From the NCBI GenBank assembly GCA_013343275.1, contig CP046106.1, forward strand, positions 64,001 to 128,000: a stretch of 64,000 nucleotides of DNA, written 5' to 3'. Below the pieces are notes generated by a model, which ran no database searches, was not told the DNA's origin, and saw nothing but the letters and a program-made list of their open reading frames with translations. The translations under genes were made by a program, and so were the position numbers. This stretch comes from Candidatus Nanohaloarchaea archaeon (lineage in GTDB: Archaea; Nanohalarchaeota; Nanosalinia; Nanosalinales; Nanosalinaceae). Below, one piece after another: positions 1 through 9,724 of the stretch. The stretch's first letter is position 1. Each line of letters starts with the position of its first letter.

Positions 1-607
1 CAAGTTCTCTGTCAAGTATTACTTCGTAAGTGTTCTGCAACTGGCTTAACGTAAACTTTTCAGGAAGTAGAGAAAATACTGCTGTCGAATACTCCAGCTT
101 CCACCTCAGTCTCTTCACAGCGTATTCTATAATGTCCTCGTGGTCGAAACCGAGTTCCGGGAGATCGTATGCCGAGTGCCATTCGATGGCCTCAACATCT
201 TCGGTCTCCTGAAGCTCTACATCTTCACGATGCACCAGTGCAAAGTATCCGACCGTGATTACACGGGTACGTGGATCTCTATCCGGCTCTCCGAACGTGT
301 AGAGCTGTTCCATGTATACGTCGTCAGAGACTCCTGTCTTGTTGTGCAAAGTTCTCTCCGCCGCATCCTCCAGAGACTCCTCCATATCCACGAAGCTACC
401 TGGCAAGGCCCATTTTCCCTCGAAAGGCCATCTCTGCCTTTTAATCAATGCGACCTTCAGATCATCGTCCTTCACTGTAAAGATGATATCGTCGACAGTA
501 ACAGAAGGATGTTCAAACTCGTCAGGGTCGTAGTCTTCCGGGTTGTCGCCGTATTCTTCGCTGACGTTCTCGCTGTGTTTAGTGGAAGGCATATCTTCGT
601 GTCTCAT
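1..607 (-). CDS. nrtR: NrtR-family Nudix-related transcriptional regulator of NAD metabolism (runs off window edge)
   Basis: Not in ORF track. Manual translation: MRHEDMPSTKH...HPSVTVDDIIFT...VALIKRQRWPFEGKWALPGSFVDMEESLEDAAERTL...MEQLYTFGEPDRDPRTRVITVGY...LGFDHEDII...LLPEKFTLSQLQNTYEVILDREL, typical of the NrtR Nudix domain plus start of the wHTH; lies downstream of pncB/pncA. Start may be 592. Confidence 0.9.
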   Translation of the reverse strand, partial: MRHEDMPSTKHSENVSEEYGDNPEDYDPDEFEHPSVTVDDIIFTVKDDDLKVALIKRQRWPFEGKWALPGSFVDMEESLEDAAERTLHNKTGVSDDVYMEQLYTFGEPDRDPRTRVITVGYFALVHREDVELQETEDVEAIEWHSAYDLPELGFDHEDIIEYAVKRLRWKLEYSTAVFSLLPEKFTLSQLQNTYEVILDREL

Positions 608-635
608 CTACAATAATTTAACAGTTCCGGAGCCC

Positions 636-1097
636 TCAGTCATAGAAAAAACTGGACTCCGGAATCTCATCTTCTCTCATCCTTCTATGCAACTTCCTGA
701 AAAATCCCTGGCTATCACGCTCACCAACCAGATACTCGTCCTCGATATCCAGAGGCTCCTCATAGGAATCCCAGCTACCAGGCCACAGCCACATATCATC
801 ACCACTGTAGCCAGATTCACCACTCCGGGAAACATTCCGGGCCTCAACACCTTCAGAAGTCAGGACTTCATCAAAGCTGTACTTGCCTCCACGACCTGTC
901 TCAGTCGAACACATCAAAGTATAGGCCTCGTCCTCACCAAGATCGTCCTGAATACTGTACAGAGCCATGATCACGGAATCCTCAACTTTCTGCTGTTCCT
1001 CCATGATATCGGCCTCCAGCCTTCTTTTCTCCTGGTGCAGAGACTCCAGTTCATCGTAGGTTTCCTCGGCACCTTCCAGAAGCTCGGCAACACTCAC
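636..1097 (-). CDS. hypothetical acidic protein in the NAD-salvage operon
   Basis: 153 aa, acidic, N-terminal coiled coil; start overlaps pncA stop and follows a GGTG SD. Confidence 0.7.
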   Translation of the reverse strand: MSVAELLEGAEETYDELESLHQEKRRLEADIMEEQQKVEDSVIMALYSIQDDLGEDEAYTLMCSTETGRGGKYSFDEVLTSEGVEARNVSRSGESGYSGDDMWLWPGSWDSYEEPLDIEDEYLVGERDSQGFFRKLHRRMREDEIPESSFFYD

Positions 1098-1822
1098 AGA
1101 ACACCACCTTCCAGGTATTCATTCAGGCCTTCGGTAGTTCCTATTGTAGCACCCTTATCCTCCCATCTGTTGATCGCTTCAGCAGAGTTGTCGGGATCAA
1201 TACCTTTTACTGCATCCTCAACTACGTAAACATCAACTCCCTGATCCATAAGACCTTCTACCGCGTAATCCACACAGACATCTGTTGCAACACCGTAGAC
1301 CACGGCGCGGTCCGGATCAAGAGTCTCAACCAGCTGCTCTGCATGAGGAGACTCTGGCTCGCCAGCGAAAACATCGAAAGCGTCCTTATACAGCACGAAA
1401 TCTCCTTCATGCTCCATGACTTCGGCCCAGTCAGCATCTTCACGCCAGTCTATCTCCATAGGATTTTCGGGCTGTGTAGCCGGGACGTACTCTGCACCTT
1501 CCGATCCTGCAAGACAGTGCGGAGGGAAGGTCTCTTCGAAATCCGGATCCTCCGAGAACTCGGCCGAGTCCTTGTTGTGGTAATCGGCAGTGTTGACAAC
1601 ACGAATACCATTGGCTCGGGCTGTCCGGGTTACTTCTGCCAGTGCATCCTCGATATCCTCTGCTCCCTCGCCTTCTCCGACAGGAAGATTTCCGTCAGGC
1701 CTCATGAAGTCGTACTGCGTATCGACGTTCCAGAAGATCGTATCGTCTCCGTAAGCTGCGGCATCCGATCCGCTCAACGCTCTACCACCGTCAGGCCTTA
1801 CCTCGAAGCTTTCTGCACTCAT
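1094..1822 (-). CDS. pncA: nicotinamidase (isochorismatase/cysteine hydrolase family)
   Basis: NVDTQYDF, DYH, FPPHC, YKDAFDVF, GVATDVCV (Asp-Lys-Cys triad). Confidence 0.92.
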   Translation of the reverse strand: MSAESFEVRPDGGRALSGSDAAAYGDDTIFWNVDTQYDFMRPDGNLPVGEGEGAEDIEDALAEVTRTARANGIRVVNTADYHNKDSAEFSEDPDFEETFPPHCLAGSEGAEYVPATQPENPMEIDWREDADWAEVMEHEGDFVLYKDAFDVFAGEPESPHAEQLVETLDPDRAVVYGVATDVCVDYAVEGLMDQGVDVYVVEDAVKGIDPDNSAEAINRWEDKGATIGTTEGLNEYLEGGVL

Positions 1823-2977
1823 CTAAATCACCTGCCTCATCTGATCTTCTACGTATTCGTCCATTGCCTCGGCATCGGCCTCACGGCCAACCTTCGAGAA
1901 CTCTTCGCCGTCAACCTCGTAGATATCCGCTGTAGCGTATATTCCATCGGAGAAGGCCCCGGCACCGACAGCATCGAACAGTTTCTCACCGTTCTCTTCC
2001 TCGTACTCGAGGTTGGCCTGGTGGAAGGCCTCAGCTTTCTTCGGGTTTCCGAATCCGCTGGAAAGTACGATTTCTGCATCATCGTAGCCGTTCTCAACGA
2101 GTGCATCTTTCAGGGCCTTCACTGACTCTATCCTGACACCTGTACCTGTCTCGTAGGGTTCGGCCTCCGGATCGAATTCTCGGCCTCCCTGAGCAATGTT
2201 TTCTCCACAGGTATCGACTCTGAAACCGTATTCAACGTCTCGATTCTCGAAGTATTCTGCGGTCTCCAGTGCATCATCTATCTCCTGGTTCCAGGTATCA
2301 ACCAGAGTGGTCCTCGGGATATCCTCATCCATGTGTTCGTCGAAAAGTTCTGCAGTCTTCCTCGTCGCATTATCCTCACCGTATTCTTCGCCAAGCATAA
2401 TTGTCAGTGCGTGTGGGGTTGTCCCGACACCTTCCTCACCGAAAGTAGCTGCCCCAACATCTGTAGAGGTGGCAACCGCGCCGTTGTCGTAGGCTGCTCT
2501 CGCAAGATCGGCGGTATCACTCCAGTGGTAGTGTCTGGCACCGAACTCCAGCAACGGAACATCGTAGATATCGGTAACCTCCCCAACGGCCTCGCCAAAC
2601 TCCTCGGGATCAACAGTTTCGTGTTCTGGATGGGCCGCAGTCAATCCATGCGAGACAGCTCCGAGATACATAGTTTCAAGATCGATGACGTCCTGTGCGG
2701 GCCCTTTCAACACCATCAAAGGATCCTTGGTTTCGAACTCATCGGCCTCGGTAACATGTAACTCGGTCTCATCGCTTTCCGAGTACTTTTCCACTATGGC
2801 CTCGGCCTCTTCCAGGCCTGCGACTTCTCCCTCACCTCTCGCAAATACTTTTACCGCAACTTCCGGGTTCAGGCCTTCTTTTTCCAGGATTTCTTTCGAT
2901 CTCAGAAAGTACTTGTCTGTGAATTTTTCGTGGTTTTCCGGCAGTTCAAACTTTCCAGTGGTCTGTGTTGTGCTCAT
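1823..2977 (-). CDS. pncB: nicotinate phosphoribosyltransferase
   Basis: TDKYF, EFGARH, GTTPHAL, LVDT, FRVDT, SSGF motifs; start set at MSTTQ (2977) after an AGGTGT SD. Confidence 0.9.
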   Translation of the reverse strand: MSTTQTTGKFELPENHEKFTDKYFLRSKEILEKEGLNPEVAVKVFARGEGEVAGLEEAEAIVEKYSESDETELHVTEADEFETKDPLMVLKGPAQDVIDLETMYLGAVSHGLTAAHPEHETVDPEEFGEAVGEVTDIYDVPLLEFGARHYHWSDTADLARAAYDNGAVATSTDVGAATFGEEGVGTTPHALTIMLGEEYGEDNATRKTAELFDEHMDEDIPRTTLVDTWNQEIDDALETAEYFENRDVEYGFRVDTCGENIAQGGREFDPEAEPYETGTGVRIESVKALKDALVENGYDDAEIVLSSGFGNPKKAEAFHQANLEYEEENGEKLFDAVGAGAFSDGIYATADIYEVDGEEFSKVGREADAEAMDEYVEDQMRQVI

Positions 2978-2987
2978 TGAATACACC

Positions 2988-3008
2988 TTTTTGTTGTTTT
3001 TACAATAA
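2988..3008. promoter_or_regulatory. putative NrtR operator 1
   Basis: TTTTT-GT-TGTTTTT-AC-AATAA, a 21-bp imperfect palindrome with the GT-N7-AC NrtR core, just upstream of pncB. Confidence 0.7.
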
Positions 3009-3043
3009 CCTTATCGAATATTTCACACTAAGCTTTTAAATAG

Positions 3044-3064
3044 ATTTTGTTGATTCTACACAAA
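3044..3064. promoter_or_regulatory. putative NrtR operator 2
   Basis: ATTTT-GT-TGATTCT-AC-ACAAA; with operator 1 it brackets a TTTAAA TATA-like box at about 3034-3040. Confidence 0.62.
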
Positions 3065-3105
3065 GGGTTGTTTGTTTCAAAAGACTCGGCGAACAAAACT
3101 CAGGT

Positions 3106-4527
3106 ATGACTGCGATAGTCTGGATCAGAAGAAGCCTCAGGGAACACGACAACACAGCGCTAGTAGAGGCCTTGGAAGAGCATGAAAGAGTAATTCCGTT
3201 CTACGTAGTTGATGAAAACTACTTCTCCAATGCAGCTCTAGGCTATCCAAGAGTGAAGTTCTGGCATGACTCTCTGGAAGAACTGAAGGATAACCTCGCC
3301 AACCAGGAGCAGAAAGATCTAGTTATAAGGGAGGGAAGTCCTGTAGATGAGCTTGAAAAGATTGTAGAGGAGGCCGATGCAGATGCAGTCTACCACAACA
3401 AAGATTACTCGCCGTATGCAAGAGAAAGAGATGAGAAAGCAGCTGAGAAGCTGGATGTGCCGGTCAACAGTTTCAAAGATATCGTAATGTTTGAGGAAAA
3501 AGAGATTCTTACTAACTCGGATACTCCGTACAAGGTATACACTTACTACAGCAAGAAATGGTTCGAAAAAGAGAAGAGAAGGCCTCGGGAAGTAAAGGAC
3601 TATACTACTCCGGATATAGAATCTGATGAAATCCCTTCTCTGGAAGAACTAGGCTATGAGAAACCGGAAGATTTTACCTGGGAATGGAAACCCGGGAGAG
3701 AAGGAGCAAAGGAGAGACTTGAGGCCTTCAAGGAAAAAATCTGGAACTACGATGAGAATCGGGATTATGCCTGGAAAGACTCTACCTCGAAACTTTCTCC
3801 ACATCTCAAGTTTGGAACAGTCAGTATCAGAGAGGTTTTCTGGGAGGCCGAAAGACTGAAGGCCCGCAACCCTGACGCTGATACTTCCGGCATCAAGACA
3901 TGGCAGGAGGAATTGGCTTGGAGAGACTTCTACATGCAGGTACTGTATAATTGGCCAGAAACTGTTGAGAAGCCGTTCCTCGAACAGTACGAGGATATTG
4001 AGTGGAGGTCGAAGGAAGAGGCTGAGGAGGACTGGAAGGCCTTCATCAATGGGAAAACCGGTTATCCTTTCGTAGATGCAGGGATGAGGCAGCTAAAGAA
4101 AACTGGATGGATGCACAACAGGCTTCGAATGGTTGTCACAAGTTTTGCATGTAAAGATCTCTGGCTGGACTGGAAAGACCTACACGAATATTTCAAGAAA
4201 ATGTTTGTAGACGCAGAAAAGGCCTCGATGATTGGAGGGATACAGTGGGCCTACTCAATCGGTACCGACGCCCAGCCATACTTCAGAGTATTCAATCCTT
4301 TCTCCCAGGGAGAGGACTACGACCCTGACGGTGAGTACATCCGTAAATGGGTGCCAGAACTTTCAGAAGTGCCTGACGAGGATATCCATAGGCCTCACGA
4401 AATGAGCGAGGAGAAACAGGCAGAGTGTGGTGTGGAGATAGGCGAGGACTATCCGAAGCCGATTGTCGATCACGGTGAGAAAAGAGAGGAGGCCATCGAA
4501 AAGTTTGAGGAAGCTAGAGAGGATTAG
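3106..4527 (+). CDS. phr: deoxyribodipyrimidine photolyase (class I CPD)
   Basis: W.RR.LR.HDN.AL, TSKLSPHLKFG, ELAWRDF, GKTGYPFVDAGMRQL..TGWMHNRLRM, PYFRVFNP. Confidence 0.95.
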   Translation: MTAIVWIRRSLREHDNTALVEALEEHERVIPFYVVDENYFSNAALGYPRVKFWHDSLEELKDNLANQEQKDLVIREGSPVDELEKIVEEADADAVYHNKDYSPYARERDEKAAEKLDVPVNSFKDIVMFEEKEILTNSDTPYKVYTYYSKKWFEKEKRRPREVKDYTTPDIESDEIPSLEELGYEKPEDFTWEWKPGREGAKERLEAFKEKIWNYDENRDYAWKDSTSKLSPHLKFGTVSIREVFWEAERLKARNPDADTSGIKTWQEELAWRDFYMQVLYNWPETVEKPFLEQYEDIEWRSKEEAEEDWKAFINGKTGYPFVDAGMRQLKKTGWMHNRLRMVVTSFACKDLWLDWKDLHEYFKKMFVDAEKASMIGGIQWAYSIGTDAQPYFRVFNPFSQGEDYDPDGEYIRKWVPELSEVPDEDIHRPHEMSEEKQAECGVEIGEDYPKPIVDHGEKREEAIEKFEEARED

Positions 4528-5805
4528 CTACTTTTGGACTCTGTACCATGAGGTTTCCTCGTCGAAAATGTAGCCGAAGAAGGATCTTATCGTGATGATG
4601 CTGAAGAAGGAAAAGACTAGAGGAGTTATCGTCCAGGAGAGACCTACCGAGTCAACGAAGTTGTATTTTTTGTCATGCATTCTAACAATTAACGCAGTAA
4701 GCATCACGACTGCTATAGGCAGGCTGTAAAACATCTCTGCTCCGAGCAGGAACAGAATCAGGAACTTGGAAACCAGTGTAAGCATGAGGAAACTGCCTAC
4801 CAGGCTGCCGCCCGCAATAAGGAGGGATATGATGCTTCTCCGACCTCTGAAGTTGCGGAAGGCCTTCGAAACCATTTTCGAAAATACTTGGAAATAACCG
4901 GTCATCCATCTCTTTCTCTGCCCCCACCAGTCACGGAGATTATGTGCGGCAAGGTTCTCAACAGGAAGAGGTACGCCCGCAACGTCAACATTGCTGACGT
5001 AGCATTTATGGGCGAAATCATAGTCCTCAGTCAAGGTATCGTCACTGTAACCATCCAGCTCCTCGAAAACTTCTCTTCTCATCCCGACACTCCTGCTACC
5101 TACAAGTCTGAAACCTGTTAACAGTGTAAGCATCTGCCGAGCCACATAAGTGAAAAATACAGATTCATAATAGCTTAGAGACTCTACAATGCCGTCAGGC
5201 CTTGGAATATTTCGGGCCTGAACTATTTCATGGCTCTGAAGCTCTTTAACAATGCCGGAAATGAAATCAGGCCTGACCCTCTGATCTGAATCGAAGAATG
5301 CCACGTACTCGGCAGAAGTATTTTCGACCCCGTAGTTCATGGCGCCGGCCTTGCTACCAGGGTACTTGTCGTTGACAAGGTAATCAACTTTCTCATCTGC
5401 GGAGAGCTTCTTGGCCTCCCTGATACCGGCCTCATCATCGCTCTCACATACAATAAGAACTTTGAAATCGCTGTAGTTCGAGTCAAGGAGAGATTCAACG
5501 CTTCGATGCAGAACCTCCGAGTCCCTGTAGGTAGGTACTATACATGTAATGCTTCCTTCAGCCTCTCCTTCCGGAGAAGAGTACTTTGAAACCCTGAACA
5601 GGAAGATTGCTCCCGACACCAGAAAGAACGCAGCAAAGCCCAGACTGGAAACTAGAGCGTCCAGCCAGATAACCCTGATAGCAACAGAGAAAAGGTCAAA
5701 AGTAAATGAATAAACCTGGTAGCCCTGGAAGAAACCAAGCAAAACCAGGAATACTACGGCCAGAGCAAAACCTGTTCTCTCAGCCAGGATCCTCAGGCCC
5801 ATCAT
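4528..5805 (-). CDS. membrane GT2 glycosyltransferase (cellulose-synthase-like)
   Basis: IVPTY, KAGAMN, FDSD (DxD), TED, QRKRW (QxxRW), flanking TM helices. Confidence 0.88.
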   Translation of the reverse strand: MMGLRILAERTGFALAVVFLVLLGFFQGYQVYSFTFDLFSVAIRVIWLDALVSSLGFAAFFLVSGAIFLFRVSKYSSPEGEAEGSITCIVPTYRDSEVLHRSVESLLDSNYSDFKVLIVCESDDEAGIREAKKLSADEKVDYLVNDKYPGSKAGAMNYGVENTSAEYVAFFDSDQRVRPDFISGIVKELQSHEIVQARNIPRPDGIVESLSYYESVFFTYVARQMLTLLTGFRLVGSRSVGMRREVFEELDGYSDDTLTEDYDFAHKCYVSNVDVAGVPLPVENLAAHNLRDWWGQRKRWMTGYFQVFSKMVSKAFRNFRGRRSIISLLIAGGSLVGSFLMLTLVSKFLILFLLGAEMFYSLPIAVVMLTALIVRMHDKKYNFVDSVGLSWTITPLVFSFFSIITIRSFFGYIFDEETSWYRVQK

Positions 5806-5880
5806 AGATCAGTTAATCACGTAACAACATTAAAATACAGCAACCCGGAACACTTTAGCCTCGGAATAATAGAGAAGTAT

Positions 5881-6507
5881 CTACTTCTCAACTTCTTCCT
5901 CAAGTTCCTGCTCAAGCGCCTCCATACTCATATCCTCCAGCTCGTCAGCAGTATAGGCCTTTACAACTCCATCTTCCTTCCCTTCAAGCTGTTCTGCCAT
6001 ATACTTCCTGGCCTCCTCGGGTTCGACAGTTCTCAGGGAGTAACTCTCCAGATGCGAGTACATGTCAAGCTTGTCGCTGGCTTTGTCGTTAGCCATGCTT
6101 GAACTCAGAACCGAGGAAATTCGTTTGAAGGCGCTTCTACCAGCCAGCAGACTTAACCCGCCAGTACCCAGGTACATAGGATCTCCGTCCTCCAGAAACT
6201 TCCAGGCGGATCCAGCAAGGCCAAGACCGCTACCACCCAAAACAGCGGTTTCAAGACCTAGAGGCCGATCAGCAACTCCTCTCCTGGCAGCCTCATTATC
6301 AAGAGCGTAGTCAAAGGCATTCTCATGCATTACTATTTCTTCCTGCTCTTCATCGATATCTACAACGCCACTCATCATGCTCAACGCAACGTAATCATCA
6401 ACATCCTCTCTAAGATCTCCAAAAGTATAATCTCCGCCATTTTCAACAGCTACTTCAGCATCCGAAAGATAGGATGCATCCTCCTTCAAAGTATTAATTT
6501 CTCTCAT
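5881..6507 (-). CDS. hypothetical acidic protein with a Gly-rich hydrophobic hairpin
   Basis: 208 aa ORF, host-like acidic composition. Confidence 0.7.
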   Translation of the reverse strand: MREINTLKEDASYLSDAEVAVENGGDYTFGDLREDVDDYVALSMMSGVVDIDEEQEEIVMHENAFDYALDNEAARRGVADRPLGLETAVLGGSGLGLAGSAWKFLEDGDPMYLGTGGLSLLAGRSAFKRISSVLSSSMANDKASDKLDMYSHLESYSLRTVEPEEARKYMAEQLEGKEDGVVKAYTADELEDMSMEALEQELEEEVEK

Positions 6508-6668
6508 ACCAAAACCTCACTTTTGTTACTCTCTAATCAAAATTTAAATAGGGGTTGAGTAAGGCCCGGAAGTCTTCAGAAGCTCTAAAAAACCGGCTGC
6601 GAACAAAAATATAATATACGGTTACTTAAACATTCAACAACCATACTACAAACAACTGTTGCTGATTA

Positions 6669-8768
6669 ATGGTGGTACTCATCGAGAAAAAACCAACTCT
6701 CAAGATAGCGATCCTCGCAACCCTAACACTTCTAACCCTAACCAGCGTATCGGCCCTCACATGGGAAGCTCCAAGCAGCGATTCTCAGTTCGATAATAAT
6801 GTGGTTTTGAATTTTACTGCAACGGCTTCCGAGACTGATAACGCCCAATTATGGTATAGCCCTCCCAATGATGACTCTTTCAGTTTATTCAAGGATAGTG
6901 GACAGATAAATCAAGATAATAGCTTCGTCTTTAATGCGGGTGATGTTGCATCTGTTTACGGAGATTATACTTTCAAAATTAACTCTTCTGATAGTGGAGA
7001 GAGTAAAGAAATAACAGGGGTAATGTTGGATGGTGGCGCTCCATCAGTTACTCTTCCTATTTCGGATGATCGTTTGAATGCTTCTGATGTTGATTTTGAG
7101 GTAACTACTGAAGATAACTTGGTTGATGTTTCAAGTCTAAGTATTACTGTTGAGAACTCTGATGGGGATGAGGTTTTCTCGGAATCTGAGGATAATTGTG
7201 ATTCTTCGGAGTGTTCTCTGGACGTCGATCTTTCAGGCGATCTGGAGAACGGGAAGGAGTACGATGTTGAAGTTACTGCTGTTGATGCAGTAGGTAATGA
7301 GGCCACTCCTTCTGAGACGTTTACTTATGATAATGAGTATGAGGGCGATGAGGATCCAAGGATTAGTCCTCAGCCGACGGTTTTCCAGACTTCTCCTGAT
7401 AAGGATGAGTATACTTTTGATGTGGTTCTGGAGGAGCAGGATCCTGCGGAGCCTTCTGATATTACTGTGAAGTGTCAGCTAGGAGGCCGTGAGCCTGTTG
7501 ATGCTGGTACTCAGGATGTCAGCGGCACTACCAGTTATGAGTGTAGTGTTGAGCCTATGAGGAATACTCAGACTACTCTTGAGGTATTTATGATTGATGA
7601 GGCCGGTAACAGTGTTTCGAAGGAGTTTGAGTATACTTTTGATTACACGCAACCGGAGGTAAGTGGTCTGAGTACTGTTGTCAGTGTTTTCAACAGTGAT
7701 TTCGAGGTCAGTTATGAGGCCTCGGATGCTGCTTCTGAAGTTACTGATTTGATCTATCAGATAGATGAGTCCACTCTGGATACTGATAATGAGAAGTTGA
7801 GTGTTAACGGTAGTTTCACTGTTGATACTTCAGGCCTTGACTCTGGCAGCCATACTTTGTATGTGTGGGTTAGGGATGAGGCTGGTCGCTGGAGTGAGAG
7901 CGATTCTCTGACCTTTGAGTTCCGGCCTAGTGCTGAGCCGAAGGCTAGTGTTTCCGGTCTCGGTGAGGTCCGGGTTACTGCTGGGGAGTCGAAGACGTTT
8001 ACTTTCCAGGTTCGGAATACTGGAGAGCTTTTGATTCCTTCCCTGACTTTCAAGCTGGAAACCGGTTTCTCGAACCATACCAGTATTGTCAGTGATCTGA
8101 AGCCAGGTAATAATCGTTCGGTAAGCTTTACGGTTGATACCTCCGAGTCGAATCTCGGGAAGCATACTGTTTCCCTGAGTTCGGAGAGCCCGGATATTTC
8201 GAAGACCTTCCCTCTTGTTGTTGAGGCGAACGCCGAGCAGCAGCAGAATATTACTTCGAATTACCAGTCCAAGCTTTCGAGGTTTGAGGATCTCAAGGCC
8301 AATGTCACTGAGCTTATGAGTAAGGTTTCTGGTGAGAGACAGGAGCAGCTGGCCAGCGACTTCGAGGAACTTAATCAGACTATGAACGAGGCCAAGCAGG
8401 CTGTTGAGGAAGGCCGTTACTACAAAGCTGCCAGCCTTCTTGAGGGCGTTGATTCGTACTTCTCTCAGGCCAGCCAGGGTTACGAAGAGGTCAAAAAGGA
8501 GTATAAGATCGCTCAGAGGAACAAGCTGATCTTTGGATTCCTGCTGTTCCTTGCTGTCGGCGGAATAGGTACTGTAGGCTACTTCTACACTAATGACGAG
8601 TACGAGTTCGATCTCTCAGCTATTGAGAACCTTGAGTTTAAGGACGTCAATCTCGGAGATTACTCTCTGTCGATGGAGCCTGTAAACAACTTTGTTGAGA
8701 ATGTCAGGGAGTGGCTTGAAGAGGAGGAAGAAAAGGCCGAGGAGACTTTCCAGGGCTTTACTAACTAG
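6669..8768 (+). CDS. cell-surface protein: signal peptide, Ig-like/CARDB-like beta domains, coiled coil, C-terminal TM anchor
   Basis: N-terminal signal peptide; repeated 'D.AGN' and 'VRNTGE' Ig-type motifs; TM LIFGFLLFLAVGGIGTVGYFY. Confidence 0.75.
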   Translation: MVVLIEKKPTLKIAILATLTLLTLTSVSALTWEAPSSDSQFDNNVVLNFTATASETDNAQLWYSPPNDDSFSLFKDSGQINQDNSFVFNAGDVASVYGDYTFKINSSDSGESKEITGVMLDGGAPSVTLPISDDRLNASDVDFEVTTEDNLVDVSSLSITVENSDGDEVFSESEDNCDSSECSLDVDLSGDLENGKEYDVEVTAVDAVGNEATPSETFTYDNEYEGDEDPRISPQPTVFQTSPDKDEYTFDVVLEEQDPAEPSDITVKCQLGGREPVDAGTQDVSGTTSYECSVEPMRNTQTTLEVFMIDEAGNSVSKEFEYTFDYTQPEVSGLSTVVSVFNSDFEVSYEASDAASEVTDLIYQIDESTLDTDNEKLSVNGSFTVDTSGLDSGSHTLYVWVRDEAGRWSESDSLTFEFRPSAEPKASVSGLGEVRVTAGESKTFTFQVRNTGELLIPSLTFKLETGFSNHTSIVSDLKPGNNRSVSFTVDTSESNLGKHTVSLSSESPDISKTFPLVVEANAEQQQNITSNYQSKLSRFEDLKANVTELMSKVSGERQEQLASDFEELNQTMNEAKQAVEEGRYYKAASLLEGVDSYFSQASQGYEEVKKEYKIAQRNKLIFGFLLFLAVGGIGTVGYFYTNDEYEFDLSAIENLEFKDVNLGDYSLSMEPVNNFVENVREWLEEEEEKAEETFQGFTN

Positions 8769-9109
8769 ATAATCCGGTAGGTGTTCCGGAACTCCTCTTT
8801 CATTATTCCCTTATCCCTTACGTTCTTTATTATCTCTGAGATCTCCTGTGCAAATATCTCATCTGTTGCGGCCTTTGAGGCAGCGTCACGCACGAGAATA
8901 CCTATCTGTGGATCATCCTTCAGTCTCTGAATTATATCTTGGTCTGCACGTGTATTGCTGAGGTACTGTGAGACTGCGGGCTGTGTTACTCCTAGCTTCT
9001 CAGCTATCTCCGACTGTTTAAGCCCGTATTCCTGCTTCAACTGGTTGGCTATCATGCTTCTTATAGCTGGAAGAAGCTCTTCGTTCACTACCTCTACTTC
9101 AAACCGCAT
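8765..9109 (-). CDS. XRE-type HTH transcriptional regulator (COG2522-like)
   Basis: LLPAIRSMIA...GLKQSEIAEKLGVTQPAVSQYL. Confidence 0.85.
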   Translation of the reverse strand: MRFEVEVVNEELLPAIRSMIANQLKQEYGLKQSEIAEKLGVTQPAVSQYLSNTRADQDIIQRLKDDPQIGILVRDAASKAATDEIFAQEISEIIKNVRDKGIMKEEFRNTYRII

Positions 9110-9206
9110 ATAGTATTACGGTGTTATAATTTTCAAAAACTCTTCTACTGAAAAAGGCCTTCGGAAATTAATAGAGAAAAAAAGGAGAGAGGTATATGTG
9201 GTGTTT

Positions 9207-9548
9207 TTAGTAGTCGGATTGCTGGATTTCCCGTGAAAGCTTCTCGACATCTGCGGAAAGTGCTTCCAGCTTCCTGCTGACTCTCTCCTTCTCCTTGATA
9301 ATGTTCTCCACTTTCTCGTACTTCTTGGCAGCATTATCGAGGTGGTGTTTCTCTACATAGGCGGCTTCTGTTTCCATCATGTTGTCGATTATTTCTTCAG
9401 CGATCTCTCCCAGAAGCATGTTCAATCCGTAGTATACGTTTGAACGCACGTACTGGCCTTCGGAGGCCTTGTCTCTTACCATTCTTTTGATCCTTGCATG
9501 AGTGAAAGGAAGTTCAGATACTTCAACGTCTTCGGGTACTTCTACCAT
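9207..9548 (-). CDS. histone-fold-like protein with C-terminal coiled coil
   Basis: ELPFTHARIKRMVRD resembles histone helix 1 (LP.A.I.R); long helix 2; VEKHHL as loop2/helix 3. Confidence 0.55.
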   Translation of the reverse strand: MVEVPEDVEVSELPFTHARIKRMVRDKASEGQYVRSNVYYGLNMLLGEIAEEIIDNMMETEAAYVEKHHLDNAAKKYEKVENIIKEKERVSRKLEALSADVEKLSREIQQSDY

Positions 9549-9724
9549 GTTATCACAGTAAAAATTACGCTCAGAATCTTTTAATGCTTATCCATCCATG
9601 CTTCAGCAGACTTCCAACTTTGATGGAAAAGATTTGAGGCCTTACATTCCTGCCTCAGATTGCAACCACGGATTCCGGGTTTTTAGCCGGTAGATATAAA
9701 TTGAGGCCTGGATAAAACGGTTTT

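Noticed and set aside
30-2761. Long plus-strand ORFs (140-616, 543-1229, 1343-2125, 2333-2761)
   Set aside because: Antisense shadows of nrtR/pncA/pncB; non-acidic and without motifs. The same applies to the Ser-rich antisense ORFs elsewhere, e.g. 24325-24972 and 48432-48950.
9549-9724. Intergenic hairpins (ATTTGAGGC...GCCTCAGAT, 9632-9660) as a possible ncRNA or riboswitch
   Set aside because: No recognisable family motif; the region is explained by divergent promoters.
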